From Tubiluchus corallicola (Eukaryota > Animalia > Priapulida), in assembly GCA_030141605.1 (NCBI GenBank), contig JAQGDQ010001106.1:1-62282 (forward strand): a stretch of DNA of 62,282 nt, read 5' to 3'. Under the pieces are notes generated by a model. That model did no database searches, had not been told where the DNA came from, and worked only from the letters and a program-made list of their open reading frames with translations. The number at the start of each line of letters is the position of its first letter. Position 1 is the first letter of the stretch. Both the position numbers and the translations under genes were made by a program. Below are positions 39,185-52,110 of the stretch, one piece after another.

Positions 39185-39740
39185 TTAAAAGAAGACCGGA
39201 CGATTGTTTAGACTCAATCTCACTTTAATTTACTGTCCAAAATACACATTTTCTTGCCTATAAAAGTTAACAATTGTTCCTTATATTTGAATAATTAGCT
39301 TAGAAACTTAATTAACAGCAACCGAACACAGCTATTGCTTACGTCAGGAACTAACCACAGTTTGTGCAATGCCAGGCGTCTTCTCTTGCGCGTCAAGCAC
39401 ATTTGAATAAGTGTTACAGTACTGTTTAAACGCATGATGTCACGAAAAATGGGCTTTACATCTTATGACGTCAGAAACTAACACAGCAGTTCATGATCAT
39501 GGTTCTCACGGTACCGCCTTCTATTTGTCGGCCACGCGCATGTGACAAAAAGGTGCCATTGCCAATCTTAGTAGATTCACTGAGCCGCGCGTAGCTCTGA
39601 AAGTTTAACAAAATTTGAGTATCCGAGGTAATTATTATTTAATCTAAGCTTTGATTTAAAAAAGCTATTGTAGTTTTCAATATTTTAGAGCATTCTTTAT
39701 TCTGAACTCATGTTTATACAATCATCCGGTTTTTCTTTAA
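39185..39740 (+). mobile_element. Kolobok-like MITE family A, copy 5
   Basis: TTAA at both ends, both TIRs, homologous body. Confidence 0.88.
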
Positions 39741-40364
39741 AGTATTGTTTGAAACATACAAATCGGAAAATTCTACGCAAGCCTGTAACAAATATTACGA
39801 ACGCAAGTTCATGAATGTCGAAACTTAACAGTTTAATGTCAATGTCTCCGCTTGATATTTTGTTTTTAAAACAAAGCGCTCACAAATCGCGGTTACTATA
39901 TCATACGTATTCGCGATTTTGCAAAATATTTTAAACCATTGAAATACCATACCGACAAGCATGTTTGTAGAAAACACGAGCGAAGCGTGAACTGAGGCTA
40001 ACTCGATTTAATTCGATTCGCGTCGATTCGGCGATGTGCGGTTTGTTTATATGATTCGAGTTAATTCAATTTTATTCCATTCACTTTCATTGTAATTTGA
40101 TTGATTTTAAAGTCACGTGGACATTGTTAGGCCAAAGGACGTGATACGATATGATTCTAGTACGTGATATAATGTGATGTGATATTATATGTCTGTAGAA
40201 GTTTTTTCAAGTTTGTTATGCGGCGCCGTTGGCGTGATGTGAATTCATTTGTAATGCAGGGGTGGTCGTAGTGGTGGTTGTGGTGGCACCGTGGCAGTAG
40301 TGGGTGGCAGTATTGTGATGATGATAACGGCGATAATATTAAAGTGGTAATTATGCCGATCATT

Positions 40365-40388
40365 ACGACGACCATGAGGACGATGACA

Positions 40389-40431
<43 letters not shown>

Positions 40432-40565
40432 CAATGATAATAATGATAAAGACGACGACGACGATGATGATGATGATGATGATGGTGACGACGACGACGA
40501 CGATAATGATGCTGATGATGCTGATGACAATGATGATAACGATGACGACGACGACGATGATGATG
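40365..40565. repeat. (GAT/GAC)n trinucleotide microsatellite
   Basis: Direct reading. Confidence 0.95.
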
Positions 40566-42178
40566 GAGAAGTTGATTAAAGGCAAGACTCACTGATCATA
40601 ATGGTAACATTGAGGAAAGTACATAACCGTTTAGTAGATTTAGTAGATGATGCCTTTGAACTCTACCTGCCTTGTTCTATACCTGCTGTCTCTATGGCTT
40701 CCTATAGTGTAAGTATAAATCTCTCTGTTAATTGGGACAAGTGATACTTATCTCATTACAAGCCGCCTACATGTACCTCTGTACTCCTCCTAATCCGTCA
40801 TCATAATTTAATCAGAAAACCAGCTGACCGGGGGGTTAAGCTTCGTAAGGTCGATGAAAGTCGAGAGGGAATCTTGTTATAAAACTTTATTGACCGTTTG
40901 ACTGGACTGTGCGTGTGTGTGTGTAGTACAACAAGCGATACGCCAAACCGTCTCAAAATTAATGAGAAATAATGCGTTAACGTGGCAGTAATAGCTAGCA
41001 ACCGTCATCCAAACGGTGGATGAAAGGATATAAATATTGTCACATATTCTGCTGAGGCAAACATATCAAACGAATAAGTCAACTTTCAAACAATTTTTTC
41101 CTCAGGAATAGCAATTTAATTACTAGCAAAAGAACACCAAGATAATGGTAAAACTTCATATGCTCATATTGATACGTTTTGAGGCATATTTACACTCCAG
41201 TTAGAACAATTGAACGACCTAGAAAGGAAAAATCAAAACTGCAAATACCCTACACAAATGTCAATGCTAATGAAGATTGATTCATTTTATGTCAGTTTGA
41301 TGTTTGCTTCTGTTGTGTTTTGTTTCTCTCGGAAGAAAACCAGAAAACACTTCATCAAATTAAACTAGTTTATTATGCGAGAATTCTGCAACACAAAAAT
41401 ATGAAGGAACGTGAAATGTTTACAGTAAACGTGAAAATCTGGAAAACTTTTAAGCGTATCTGAGGATACAAGAATGAGAGAGAGTCAGAAGATGTGCGTG
41501 TGTGCCAATACTTCAGCGGCCAGTTTCGCCTTATATATCAGTGCCAGAGAATATTCTAGAAAAAAACTTCTAGAAGGTAAGACGATTGTTCTACTATATA
41601 ATGGAACATGAACATTCTACAATATTCTATTTAATTCTAGAAGATGCCAGCGATCTCCACAACAGCTTCATTGGTCATTGGGTTTTTCTGACTGATGACG
41701 TAGGGTAAGGCCCTCCCGGAATGTATAAAATGAAGGAAAACATTTTTTACGTTATCATAGGTGCCGTTCTTCAAAATCAACTTTCCTTCATAAATTTTCC
41801 GATTCTAAATTCGTTCTTTAGTTGCATAAAAACTTTTATTTTTACTTCCACAAGTTCCACTTCTACTTAATTTAAGAGAGTTTATTGTCCTCTTCTTCTA
41901 CAAGTTCCACTTCTACTTATTTAAAAAAAGTTTCTTGTCTTCTTCTACTGCATGTATCATTTACGGTTGGACTTGCAATGAGATTCTGTCTCAGCAGTGA
42001 AATTTAAATACAGTATCACTCGATATTTACGACAAAATTAAAATTTCTCTACCTTTCTTGCAACTGTATGCTTTTGCAAATGTGTTTATAGATTTTTGGT
42101 ACTTTTTATACATTTCAGTAATCTGATTATTATTAAAAACGTTGGCCAAATATGAATGAAACTTCAGGTGTCACCTAC

Positions 42179-42586
42179 CTCGTTGTAAACGGCAAAAGGC
42201 ATGACGAAAACTCCCACCATAATGTCAGCGATAGCCAGACTGACTATGAAGTAATTAGTGACGCTCTTCAGACTCTTCTCCCTGTAGACACTCATCACAA
42301 CCAGGATGTTACCAAAAGCAGTGATTAGTGGAAAGATGATTAAGAGGAGGGCCCACCAAGCCCTCTCACTGCTCAAGTTTGGTGGCGACACGGTAAAGTT
42401 GAGGTAATCATTTGTCGACAGACAGTCAGTGCAGTTCGAAAAAGAATCGTTGAAGTCGCTTGTGAACTCAGTCGTGGTCAGAACGTCAAGTTCTTCGCTT
42501 GTTTCAGGAGGTCCAGTGGTGCTCTGGCGCATTGCCTCCAAGAACTTCAAGTCTGTGGTCAGATCTATCCGCAACGGATAATCCAT
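42179..42586 (-). CDS. DRD2: D2-like dopamine receptor, first coding exon (N-terminus, TM1-TM2): MDYPLRIDL...FGNILVVMSVYREKSLKSVTNYFIVSLAIADIMVGVFVMPFAVYNE
   Basis: ATG at 42586 (context ACCATGG), four N-glycosylation sequons (NDS, NCT, NFT, NLS), GN and SLAxAD motifs, GAG|GTAGGT donor. Total spliced CDS is 1659 nt = 552 aa. Subtype is inferred from motifs. Confidence 0.93.
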
Positions 42587-42916
42587 GGTTAAGATCAAAC
42601 GTTTTTGCTTCAAAATAGCATTTCTTTTCTAGTTGTTAACTGATTCTCGCCGATGGTTCATTAAACAAAATCACAACTAATGCTATTATCATCTCCATTC
42701 AGTGACGTTAATTACATAGAAACATTAATTATTTTCACGGTTCACAATTCTCTTCTTTCGTTAGAACTGAAACGTTATACAACTGTTGCTTCTTGTCCAG
42801 CAAATTGTGATGTTAAATGTTCTGGTCATCAATGTTATCAGTCGCTTATTCCATTTCACAAATTACTGGCACTTCACAACGATGGCTGCGTGCGGCCATA
42901 GAACTCTCCTTGATTT
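42587..42916 (-). other. Probable 5'UTR part of the first coding exon of the D2-like receptor
   Basis: Minus-strand acceptor ttttgcttttacAG ending at 42917 implies non-coding exon(s) further upstream. Confidence 0.5.
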
Positions 42917-44143
42917 CTGTAAAAGCAAAAATAACATTTACAGTTTTAAAATTTGTGTAAATAAATCATTCAAGAGCCGAGAGCAACAACATGGTTGTCG
43001 ACAAACAGCTGTCGAGTAAGCCATACATCATAATGGACATTCGCTACATGACATCTGCTGGAGTCTTTACAAGAATCGATGGGCAGGAGATTTTGAATAT
43101 GGACATTAATATCAAGAAAGTTCGTCATTAAATGCGCAAATTTATCTGAGTTGATGAAGGTTTATCATTAAGTATGGCCATGTTGGTTTTCTCTTCTCCT
43201 GGTTATATTTATTTTTTATTTCTTTCTGTTCATTTATAAAAATTCAGTGATAAAAGCAGAAAATCGGCAAGCGAAAAGCGATTATCCTGTCCGCCGGACT
43301 AATTAACAAATTAAAATTCGCTAAATTTAAACTACAGGAGTAAAAGTAATTTAAATAAAAAGAAAATTTCATAAATCACAAAAGATTAAAACATGAGCTA
43401 AGCATGAAAATTACTTAGTTTGCAGAAGGCACGATCAATGTATATATAACTTATCATATAAAAGGATTAAATATATCTATGACAATATATACAATATATC
43501 TATGACGTTTATGTAATATGCGGATGCGGATGCGTTTTTCATCTGCGGAACAGCCTGCCAAAAAAAGACCAATCTTGTACAGTCGTTTGCTGGTACGTTA
43601 TGTCTTCTATCTACTCTATCTTCTATCTACTATACACGTCAGCTCATGTAAGGAGCAAACCAAAGTATCATTTGAGAAGCTGAATGTTTAACAATAACTA
43701 GCTTTAGGCCTACAGTTGACTCTGTAGTAACGCTGATCACCGTCCCGACTAAGAAGCAATCTAAGGATGATGCTTTGAGAATTTGCTGTTAACCATTTTT
43801 GTAACAAAATAAATAAAGCTGATGCAGACTGTGTTTTCTTTAAGTATATTCAATTATCAAGCACAGTATATTGATTTTGCTAATTTTAATACACCCGAGG
43901 TAAGGTGATATACCCCACCTATAGTGAGTGGACCAGACATTCGTATAATTTTTTGTATGTTTGTTCTTGTTGTTGCTGTTGCTGCTGTTAAAGTTGTTGT
44001 GTTGTTGCAACAGGTGCTGCCGCCGCTGCTGTTGTCATTGTTCTTGTAGCAAAACGGTCGTACAAAACTAAATTCAGTGTTTCTACATTGAAACCGTTAA
44101 AAATGTTTGGACATCCCTGCTGTAGTCGTACTTGCCGGATTGT

Positions 44144-44729
44144 TTAAAGGAATGATTTTTCATATACTACCCCATTCTCAAATACGACAAAAAGTATGCA
44201 TTTTAACACTATTACATTGCAAAAGCGGTTCTGATAATTAAATAATAGATTAAAAATTTAATTAACGGCGGACGAGCCCCACTATTGATGACGTCACAAG
44301 CTAATATAATTTTCAACAGCAAAAATGTTGCACGTGTTTGTAAAAGAGAAAACTGAAGTACCATGCTACTGTAATATTCAGTGTGTTGTACTAATATAAT
44401 TGTTTTAAGATAAAAATTCAAATTTCAAAAGTACCGCTGTGCTGGCGCATGAGCTGTCGAAAGTGTGTAGTACGTCACAAACTAATACATCTGATCTGAG
44501 ACGTACAGCACCTATTTTGTGCAATGCGCTTCCGAAATGCAGGCGTCTGGAAGCGAATGGCAAAATGCATGTAACAAGGAAGAACTAGTGGCGTAAACGC
44601 GAAATTGTGTTTGTGTGGTAATAATTCTTTCACGTAAGTCGTTCTTGAAAAAACAGCGTGTTTACTTTCAATATTTTAAAATAGACTGTTTTGACCTACA
44701 GTTTAAGATTTGGCACGGTTTTACTTTAA
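44144..44729 (+). mobile_element. Kolobok-like MITE family B, copy 1
   Basis: TTAAAGG start and cggttttactTTAA end; homologous over its length to 52724-53355. Confidence 0.75.
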
Positions 44730-44754
44730 GTAAAAGCACACGTACACCGTACAC

Positions 44755-44756
<2 letters not shown>

Positions 44757-44818
<62 letters not shown>

Positions 44819-44840
44819 GCACGCACGCACACACACACAC
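44757..44840. repeat. (CA)n microsatellite
   Basis: Direct reading. Confidence 0.97.
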
Positions 44841-45259
44841 ATAGCACTTTGCAGAATATTAAGTTGATATTAGTGTTAGAATGACTTCATATAATATTTA
44901 GCGGTAAAAAAGCATCAGACAAAATGGCGCATTATAAACAGTTTGTATAATGTACATTTCAATGGCTTTCAATGTAAAAACACTGAATTTAATTTTGTGC
45001 AACCATTTACTACAAGAACAATGACAGCACCTGTTGCAACAACACAACAACTTTAACAGCAGCGACAAGAACGACAATGATGACGATGACGACCACAAAG
45101 TAACAGCGCCAGTTTTTTTGTGCAAATCGTCCCGAACAAAGCTAAAGATCGTTAAGTGCAAGAAGCTACAGTAAAAAGATGAAGATATGAATGCATGTCC
45201 AGAGCAAAGTAAGTGTTGTTCGTGTATCTCTCTGCTAATAAACTTACACAAACTACTTT

Positions 45260-45615
45260 CGATTTCGTTAATCAGATTATAACTGTGTTTGCCAGAATGT
45301 TCATAAACCATCGCAGTTTATTTCGTAACAATTATCAACTATTACAGGTAATGAGATAAAGAAATAAACGAGTGAACCAGTCTGGACTTGGATTGCGTGC
45401 AACAAGGATGAAATCTTGGTCCTGCTCTGTCATGTTGAACTGGGTAGCTCAGTTGGTAGAACGTGGAGTACTAATCCCAGATTTTGGGTTCGAGTCCGGA
45501 CTGGTTCACCCCTTTCTTTCTTCAACTCATTACCCACAATGGGTAATAATTATTGTGAAATAAATCGCTATGGTTTATGAACATTCTGGCAGTCATAATC
45601 TGATTAATGAAATCG
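45260..45615. mobile_element. Palindromic tRNA-derived element (two SINE-like units head-to-head)
   Basis: A box TAGCTCAGTTGG at 45445-45456 and B box GGTTCGAGTCC at 45487-45497. The left arm 45260-45390 is the reverse complement of the right arm 45490-45615. Confidence 0.75.
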
Positions 45616-47889
45616 TTAATTGCCAACTAATTCGAAAAAAAATGAAACCACAATTACTTGCGTTTACGGCAAGGTTTTCTCTAGGGTTAAAAGTAAAATA
45701 ATCGGGTTTGTTAAAGTAATAAAATGCTATAAAATTTTACTAAGAATAAAATCAATACTGTGAATTCAAATGGTTTTGTAAACATCGGCATGTGATGACT
45801 AATTAACACTTTGCTTACAATTATGATAAAAAACTGAAGGTTTATTTTGTAAGCAACTCTGTCATCCAGTTTCGAGAACAATGCATTTATTTCATGGTTG
45901 ATTACATTCGCGATGGACAAATATGAAACGATTATGTGCACAGAATATGAAGTAGCAAAGTGATGATTCAACAGAATCTGAGATCGTGCCAAAAATGCTT
46001 GTACTAAGGAAACAATCAGCAGCAATTCCCATTCAGCAGTGTTTTCTTTAGACAAAGATTTCCACTTCTGCCGTTTTTTATTTTTCACGTTTAACTTGGA
46101 TTAGTAAAAAAATAGTTGTTTTTCAACCTTATTTGTTTCGCCTGTTTTAGACAGGCGCACGTTCTTTTTCAGATTTCGAATCATCAAACCTTATTTAGAT
46201 GAAAATTGTGTAGATGACATTGAAAACTGAGCTCTTGTACAAGGAAAAACACACAATTGCATCACATTAAGTAAATAACCTTTCAGCCTGACAACCACTT
46301 CCGAAATTGTGATTTATCGATAATGGCGGCACATTCATTTGATAAAAACTGTATTGCTTGCGCACGCACGCATGCACGGCCGCGCACGCAGATTGATGAT
46401 GGATGTATCATTTATCTTGTAATGATCAAACGTTTAGTCAAAATTTATTTTATGTTCTATTATAGTTTTGCTCCTAAGCAATTTCTCACTTGTGAAAAAT
46501 TAATGCGTGTTTGTTTTTGTTGCTTGTTTGTTTGCTTATTTGAACGTCTGTTTGTTTATTTGATGTTTGTTTGTATGACTGTTATTGGCTTACTAGTTTT
46601 TTTGGCTTTTTGATTTGCTTGGTTGGTTAACTGGCTGGTTGTTTTTTCGCTGGTTGGTCATTTCTATATTTGGTTTATTGTTCTTATTTATAAATTTCTT
46701 TTTTCTTTATTTATTTATCTATTAAAAGATGCATGTAAATAATTTACTTTTACTGTACTGGTAGTTCTGCGTTACATAAAGCATTGTTAATTAATTATAT
46801 AAAATTAATTGTTTTTCGAGATACCTATTGTATCTTCGCGTAATTAAATGTCTCTATGTTTTTGTAAAATTGAAGATGTGCAATCATCGTTCGCACGAGT
46901 ATATCGGAACAATGATAACGGATACGGTTACACTTTGATTACAATGTCGCAGCATGCATAATGGCCACAGCTTGTCCTAATTGCGAAATGTAAGCCGAGA
47001 GGCTTTCAAAGAGGCTGACATTTTTTCAGGTAAATGTTCGTCCTGCACAATAGTAGCAATATCGTGTTTTGGGTACTTTGCACATCATTCTGACATTAAA
47101 TATTGATGACAACGACATCAATACAGCGAGTTTATTGTTCGGAACAGCTAAGCAGTTTTTTGCATAAACAGAAAGACTCGACAACTCTTTCATTAAGGTT
47201 TTCTGCAGACGCTAAAGGTTGTTTTCACTAATAATCTCTCGGGAAGAACACGCGTTTTAGAAAACTAGGTATGATGCCAGTGACTTCATGTTATTACATT
47301 TTGTTATTCGAGAAAATTTTTCTTCCCGCGTTACCCTGTAAAAGAACTGCTGCTGTTGTTGCTGTTGCTGCGGCTGCTGGTGGTAGTGGTGGTGGTGGTG
47401 GTGGTGGTGATGTTGACGACGGTGCTGATGGTGATGCCACTGCTACTGCTATGTGCCACAACGTTAGTTGTTATCCAAATATATGTTTTATACATTTAAT
47501 AATCTTGAACTTAATATAATTAATAAATAATAGGATTAATAATTTAATAAATTTGGGCAATATTCACAGGCGATGGTATTCTTCTAAAATTCGAAATTAG
47601 AATACGGCGGACCCTCATTGGCGTTCCGCCCGGTGATTTGTCAGTTTTCAATATCACTCCGCTGGGGTATTTTCCCTCTTTCATGTAAATGTTTTGAGTC
47701 TGCAGTGAAGTGCATCAGATGTTCCGATTAGGTTCTTGTCTAAGACTCTACGTAATGGAAAGATTAGTTGAAAAGCTGAATTTACTAACGTGGCATTATA
47801 AAGAAATACCGCGCGCAAGAGCGATGACGTCAAAACCGGAGACTGTCGCAGGTGTATTTTTACCAGTGTCATACCTACGAGAGTAGCGT

Positions 47890-48020
47890 TTTTGTTGTTG
47901 TTGTTGTTTTTGTTGCTGTTGTGTTGTTGTTGCTGTTTTTGCTGTTGCTGTTGTTGTTGTTGGTGGTGGTGGTGCTGTTGCTGTTGTCATTGTCGTTGTC
48001 ATTATGACTATTATTGTTGT

Positions 48021-48087
<67 letters not shown>

Positions 48088-48208
48088 GCTGCTGTTGTTG
48101 TTGCTGTTGCTGTTGTTGTTGGTGGTGGTGCTTTTGTCATTGTCGTTGTCATTATCGCTGTTGTTGTTGTTGTTGCCGTTGTTTTTGTTGCTGTTGTTGT
48201 TGTTGTTC

Positions 48209-48254
<46 letters not shown>

Positions 48255-48430
48255 CGTTGATGTTGCTGTTGTTGTTGCTGTTACTGCTGCTGCTGCTGTT
48301 GTTGGTGGTGGTGGTGTCGTTGTCATTATCGCTGATGTTGTTTGCTTTTGCAGTTGTTGCTAGTGCCACTGTTATTGCTGTTGTTGATGTTCTGCTGCTA
48401 CTGCTGCTGCTTTTGCTAGCTCTTGTTGCT
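47890..48430. repeat. (GTT/GCT/GGT)n trinucleotide low-complexity array
   Basis: Direct reading. Confidence 0.96.
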
Positions 48431-49221
48431 TCATATTCTTGTTGCTGTTATTGTTTGTGTGGTTTATGTTGCAGTAGCTACTATTACTGCTGTTTTTGTC
48501 ATCATTAGCTTTCAGTGGCAGTACTACTGTAGGTACTGTTATTGTTGACATGACCATTGTTGTAACATTGTAGTCATTGTTTGTACAGACTGCAGCCTAG
48601 TTTTTGTATTAATTTTACGTATAAAAAGGCTGGCATGTATTTTAGAAACTGGTAGAATAAGTGCGTAAGAACAAAATTCAAACAAACACATAATAGATTT
48701 TTCATTTTTTAATGTCCACTTTGTCTTTATAAAACATCAATTTGGAGTAAAATCTACGGCATGCGGCAAAATCTATTCAAAAGCAGCGCCATCTATTCGC
48801 CTAATTTGCCAAGTTTTCCATCATGAGATTTCTCACCTTAAGAACAGTGCACACTTAATTACTAAGCTTAATGACGCTAGGCGTAATACGTGGTACCTGA
48901 TTCAATTATTGTCTAAAATAGGATAGATTAACTAAGGATGAAATACTTTCCCGGATCAATTACCGGAAACTCATCATTGCCAACGCGCCAGAATACTGCA
49001 TTATTGTCTATAGAATTGAGCTGAAGAACCCCAGGGATCTCTATAAAATCTCATCGACGATGTTGCAAGGTTTACTGAAAAGTTTGTTTCACTTGGCACA
49101 ATGCTGCAAGGTCAGGGGAAATACCCAAGCGGCAAAGAGATTCAAACATTAAAGTACGCGCTTGAAATGCACGTTGTAAGCATACAATGTGACGTATTTA
49201 TTCATCAGCATTTATTCTTAG

Positions 49222-49511
49222 TTAAAGGAAGACGGGATGATTGCTTAGACTCAATCTCATTTTAATTTACTGTCCAAAATATACATTTTCTTGGCTATAA
49301 AACTTAGTAATTGTTGCTTATATTTGAATAATTAGCCTACAAAGTTAATTAACACAGCTATTGCTTACGTCACAAACTAACCACAGTTTGTGCAATGGCA
49401 GGCATCTTCCCTTGCGCATCAAGCACGTTTGCGTAAGTGTTACAGTACTGTTTAAGCGCATGATGTCGCAGAAAATGGGCTTTACATCACATGACGTCGG
49501 AAACTAACACT
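49222..49511 (+). mobile_element. Kolobok-like MITE family A, copy 6 (5' half only)
   Basis: TTAAAGGAAGAC start; homology stops just before the LINE sequence begins. Confidence 0.85.
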
Positions 49512-49555
49512 ACAAACATGCGCAAGTGTTCATGAAAGATTTCTGCTATTGCCAG

Positions 49556-52110
49556 GTCTAATCAAATTTTTAAACTAATATTAACGTAAAATTCAAAATT
49601 TAGAATCTTTAATGATAGCACCATCGCAGACTTCAAGTCCAAACTAGTATCCCATGACTGGTCCCAAATTTTTTGCATACAAAATCCTGACTCGGCATTT
49701 CAATCCTTCTTTAAAGATTACTACAATATTTACAATGATAGCTTTCCACTAGTCACAAAAATAGTAAAGCCACGGACGTTAAATAAACCTTGGCTAACAA
49801 GCGGCTTGATACACTCAATTAAACACAAAAATAAATTATATAAGCTAAAATTAAAAAACCCTACTGATCTGAACATTGACCATTATAAAACTTATAGAAA
49901 TAACCTAACCTCAATACTTAGAAAAGCCGAAAAAGATTATTATGCCAATACAATTAAAAGTAATATGAATAACATGAGAAAAACGTGGAAAATTATAAAT
50001 TTAGCTATTAATAAAAAAGACACTTCTCATATAGAACAGTCACATTTCAAAAAATCACACCATAACCCAATGACATCAAAAGAAATATCGGATGGCTTTA
50101 ATAACTATTTTGTAAATGTAGGATCAACTCTAGCAGGAAAAATTCCCACTACAAATACATCATATTTTTCATACTTACCAAATCCATGTAGGAATTCAAT
50201 GCAGTTGCTTCCAATTGACAAAATGGAGCTATTAAATGTGGCAAATAATTTAAAAAATAAAAACAGTACAGGGTATGATGATATATCACAAATTATCCTT
50301 AAAAAATCCATCAACTGTATTGCTGAACCTCTACTTTATATGTTTAACAAGTCATTTTCAACAGGTATAGTCCCAGACTCTCTGAAAATAGCCAAGGTTA
50401 ATCCAATTTTTAAAACTGGTGATAAGTCCCAGTTTCAAAATTATAGACCCATTTCAATTCTTCCCTGTTTTTCCAAAATTCTTGAAAGACTAATGTATAA
50501 TAGACTACTAAGTTTCATTAAAAAAACAATATATTATATAACAAACAACTAGGCTTTAGACAAAACCACTCCACTTACATGGCTCTACTTGAATTTCTTC
50601 ATTTAATATCAAATGCAATTGACAATAATGAATTTACAATTGGTATTTTTATTGATTTATCTAAGGCCTTTGATACTATTGACCATCAAATACTCTTAGA
50701 TAAATTAAACAACTATGGTGTCAGAGGTCTACCTTTACAGTGGTTTACAAGTTATTTACACAACAGAAAACAATCCGTACTAATTGAAAACACATTTTCT
50801 TCTTTGAAGCAAATCAATTATGGCGTCCCCCAAGGCTCAATCTTAGGTCCATTGCTTTTTCTTCTCTATATTAATGATCTCCACAATGTCTCCACTCTGC
50901 TAGACTTCATTTTATTTGCCGATGATACTAGCATATTCTATAATCACTCAAACTATGAATCAATGATAAATACTGTAAGCCAAGAACTTGTACATCTCTC
51001 CACCTGGTTTAAAGCTAATAAGTTATCACTGAATATTGAAAAAAACCAAATTTATTGTATTCACAAATAAAAATAAAAGAATCCCTAGTAATTTTATAGT
51101 AAAAATCGATGAAGTTCCAATAAATCAAGTAAAATATACTAAGTTCTTAGGCATCATCATTGATGAACACTTAACTTGGCAAGAACATCTTAGATTTATC
51201 AAAAGCAAAATCTCAAAAATCATAGGCATTATATATAGAGTTAAACACAAATTGCCTAGCTCAGTACTTGTATTATTATATAATTCTCTTTTTTTACCAT
51301 ATCTAAATAATTCGAACATTATATGGGGAAGCACATACTCCAGTCGATTGAAAAAAATTCATCTGATTCAGAAGAAAATAGTGCGAGCTATAACATTTGC
51401 CGGTTATCAGGACCATACACAGCCAATATTTAAAAGACTAAACTTTCTAAACATTTACGACATTAATAAGTTCCAAACTGCCATTTTCATGTACAAATTC
51501 TCTCATAAATTATTGCCTCCCTTATTTACTGATTATTTTTGTTTGAATGCTGAGATACATAATTACGGCACACGTTATAGGCTGCACTATCACTACATAC
51601 AGTGTAACACTAATGTTAGAAAATTTTCTATTAAATACAATGGCCCTTACATATGGAATTCAATTGCTCCAGCTATTAAAAATGTCAACTCGCTTTCCAT
51701 ATTTAAAAAAATATATAAATTAAACTTACTCGAAACATATAACTGATGACTCAATCATGATTTGTTGTTTTCTTTTTCAAAAACTGTATAGTAAAATAAA
51801 ATTTTTAATACTTCCCACCCGTATTTATATTTATATTTGTATATATTGTAATGTTGTATCTATGTTGTATATGTAATGTTGTATATTGTAATGTTGTATA
51901 TTGTAATGTTGTATATTGTAATGTTGTATATATTGCAATTTTTTTCGTAATTCTAGTGGCCTACCATAAGCTAGCTTCCTAGGTCTCTAGCGCAGTATAC
52001 ATGAATTTTATCATATTTTTGTATTAACAAAACCTGATGCACATGTAATGTAATGTGATGTATATGTATATGTTTAATGCGAAATAAATCTATTAAAATC
52101 TAAATCTAAT
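49556..52110 (+). mobile_element. 5'-truncated L2/CR1-group LINE: reverse transcriptase ORF2 (two frameshifts) plus 3'UTR and short tandem tail
   Basis: RT motifs YRPISILP, FIDLSKAFDTIDH, GVPQGSILGPLLF, FADDT and KFLGIIID; stop at 51744-51746; 3'UTR ending in AATAAA plus (AAATCT)n-like tail. Confidence 0.93.

Noticed and set aside
42587-42613. ORF-track start (TTG) extending the receptor N-terminus
   Set aside because: A non-AUG start from a prokaryote-style ORF caller. The first in-frame ATG in good context is at 42586.
45438-45510. Functional tRNA gene
   Set aside because: A and B boxes are present, but I could not form a convincing acceptor or anticodon stem, and it is embedded in a larger palindrome. 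Treated as a tRNA-derived repeat.
47796-48557. Poly-T/N/C/V/L ORFs (likewise 40157-40595 and 54750-55035)
   Set aside because: Trinucleotide repeats open in most frames, with no splice or homology support.
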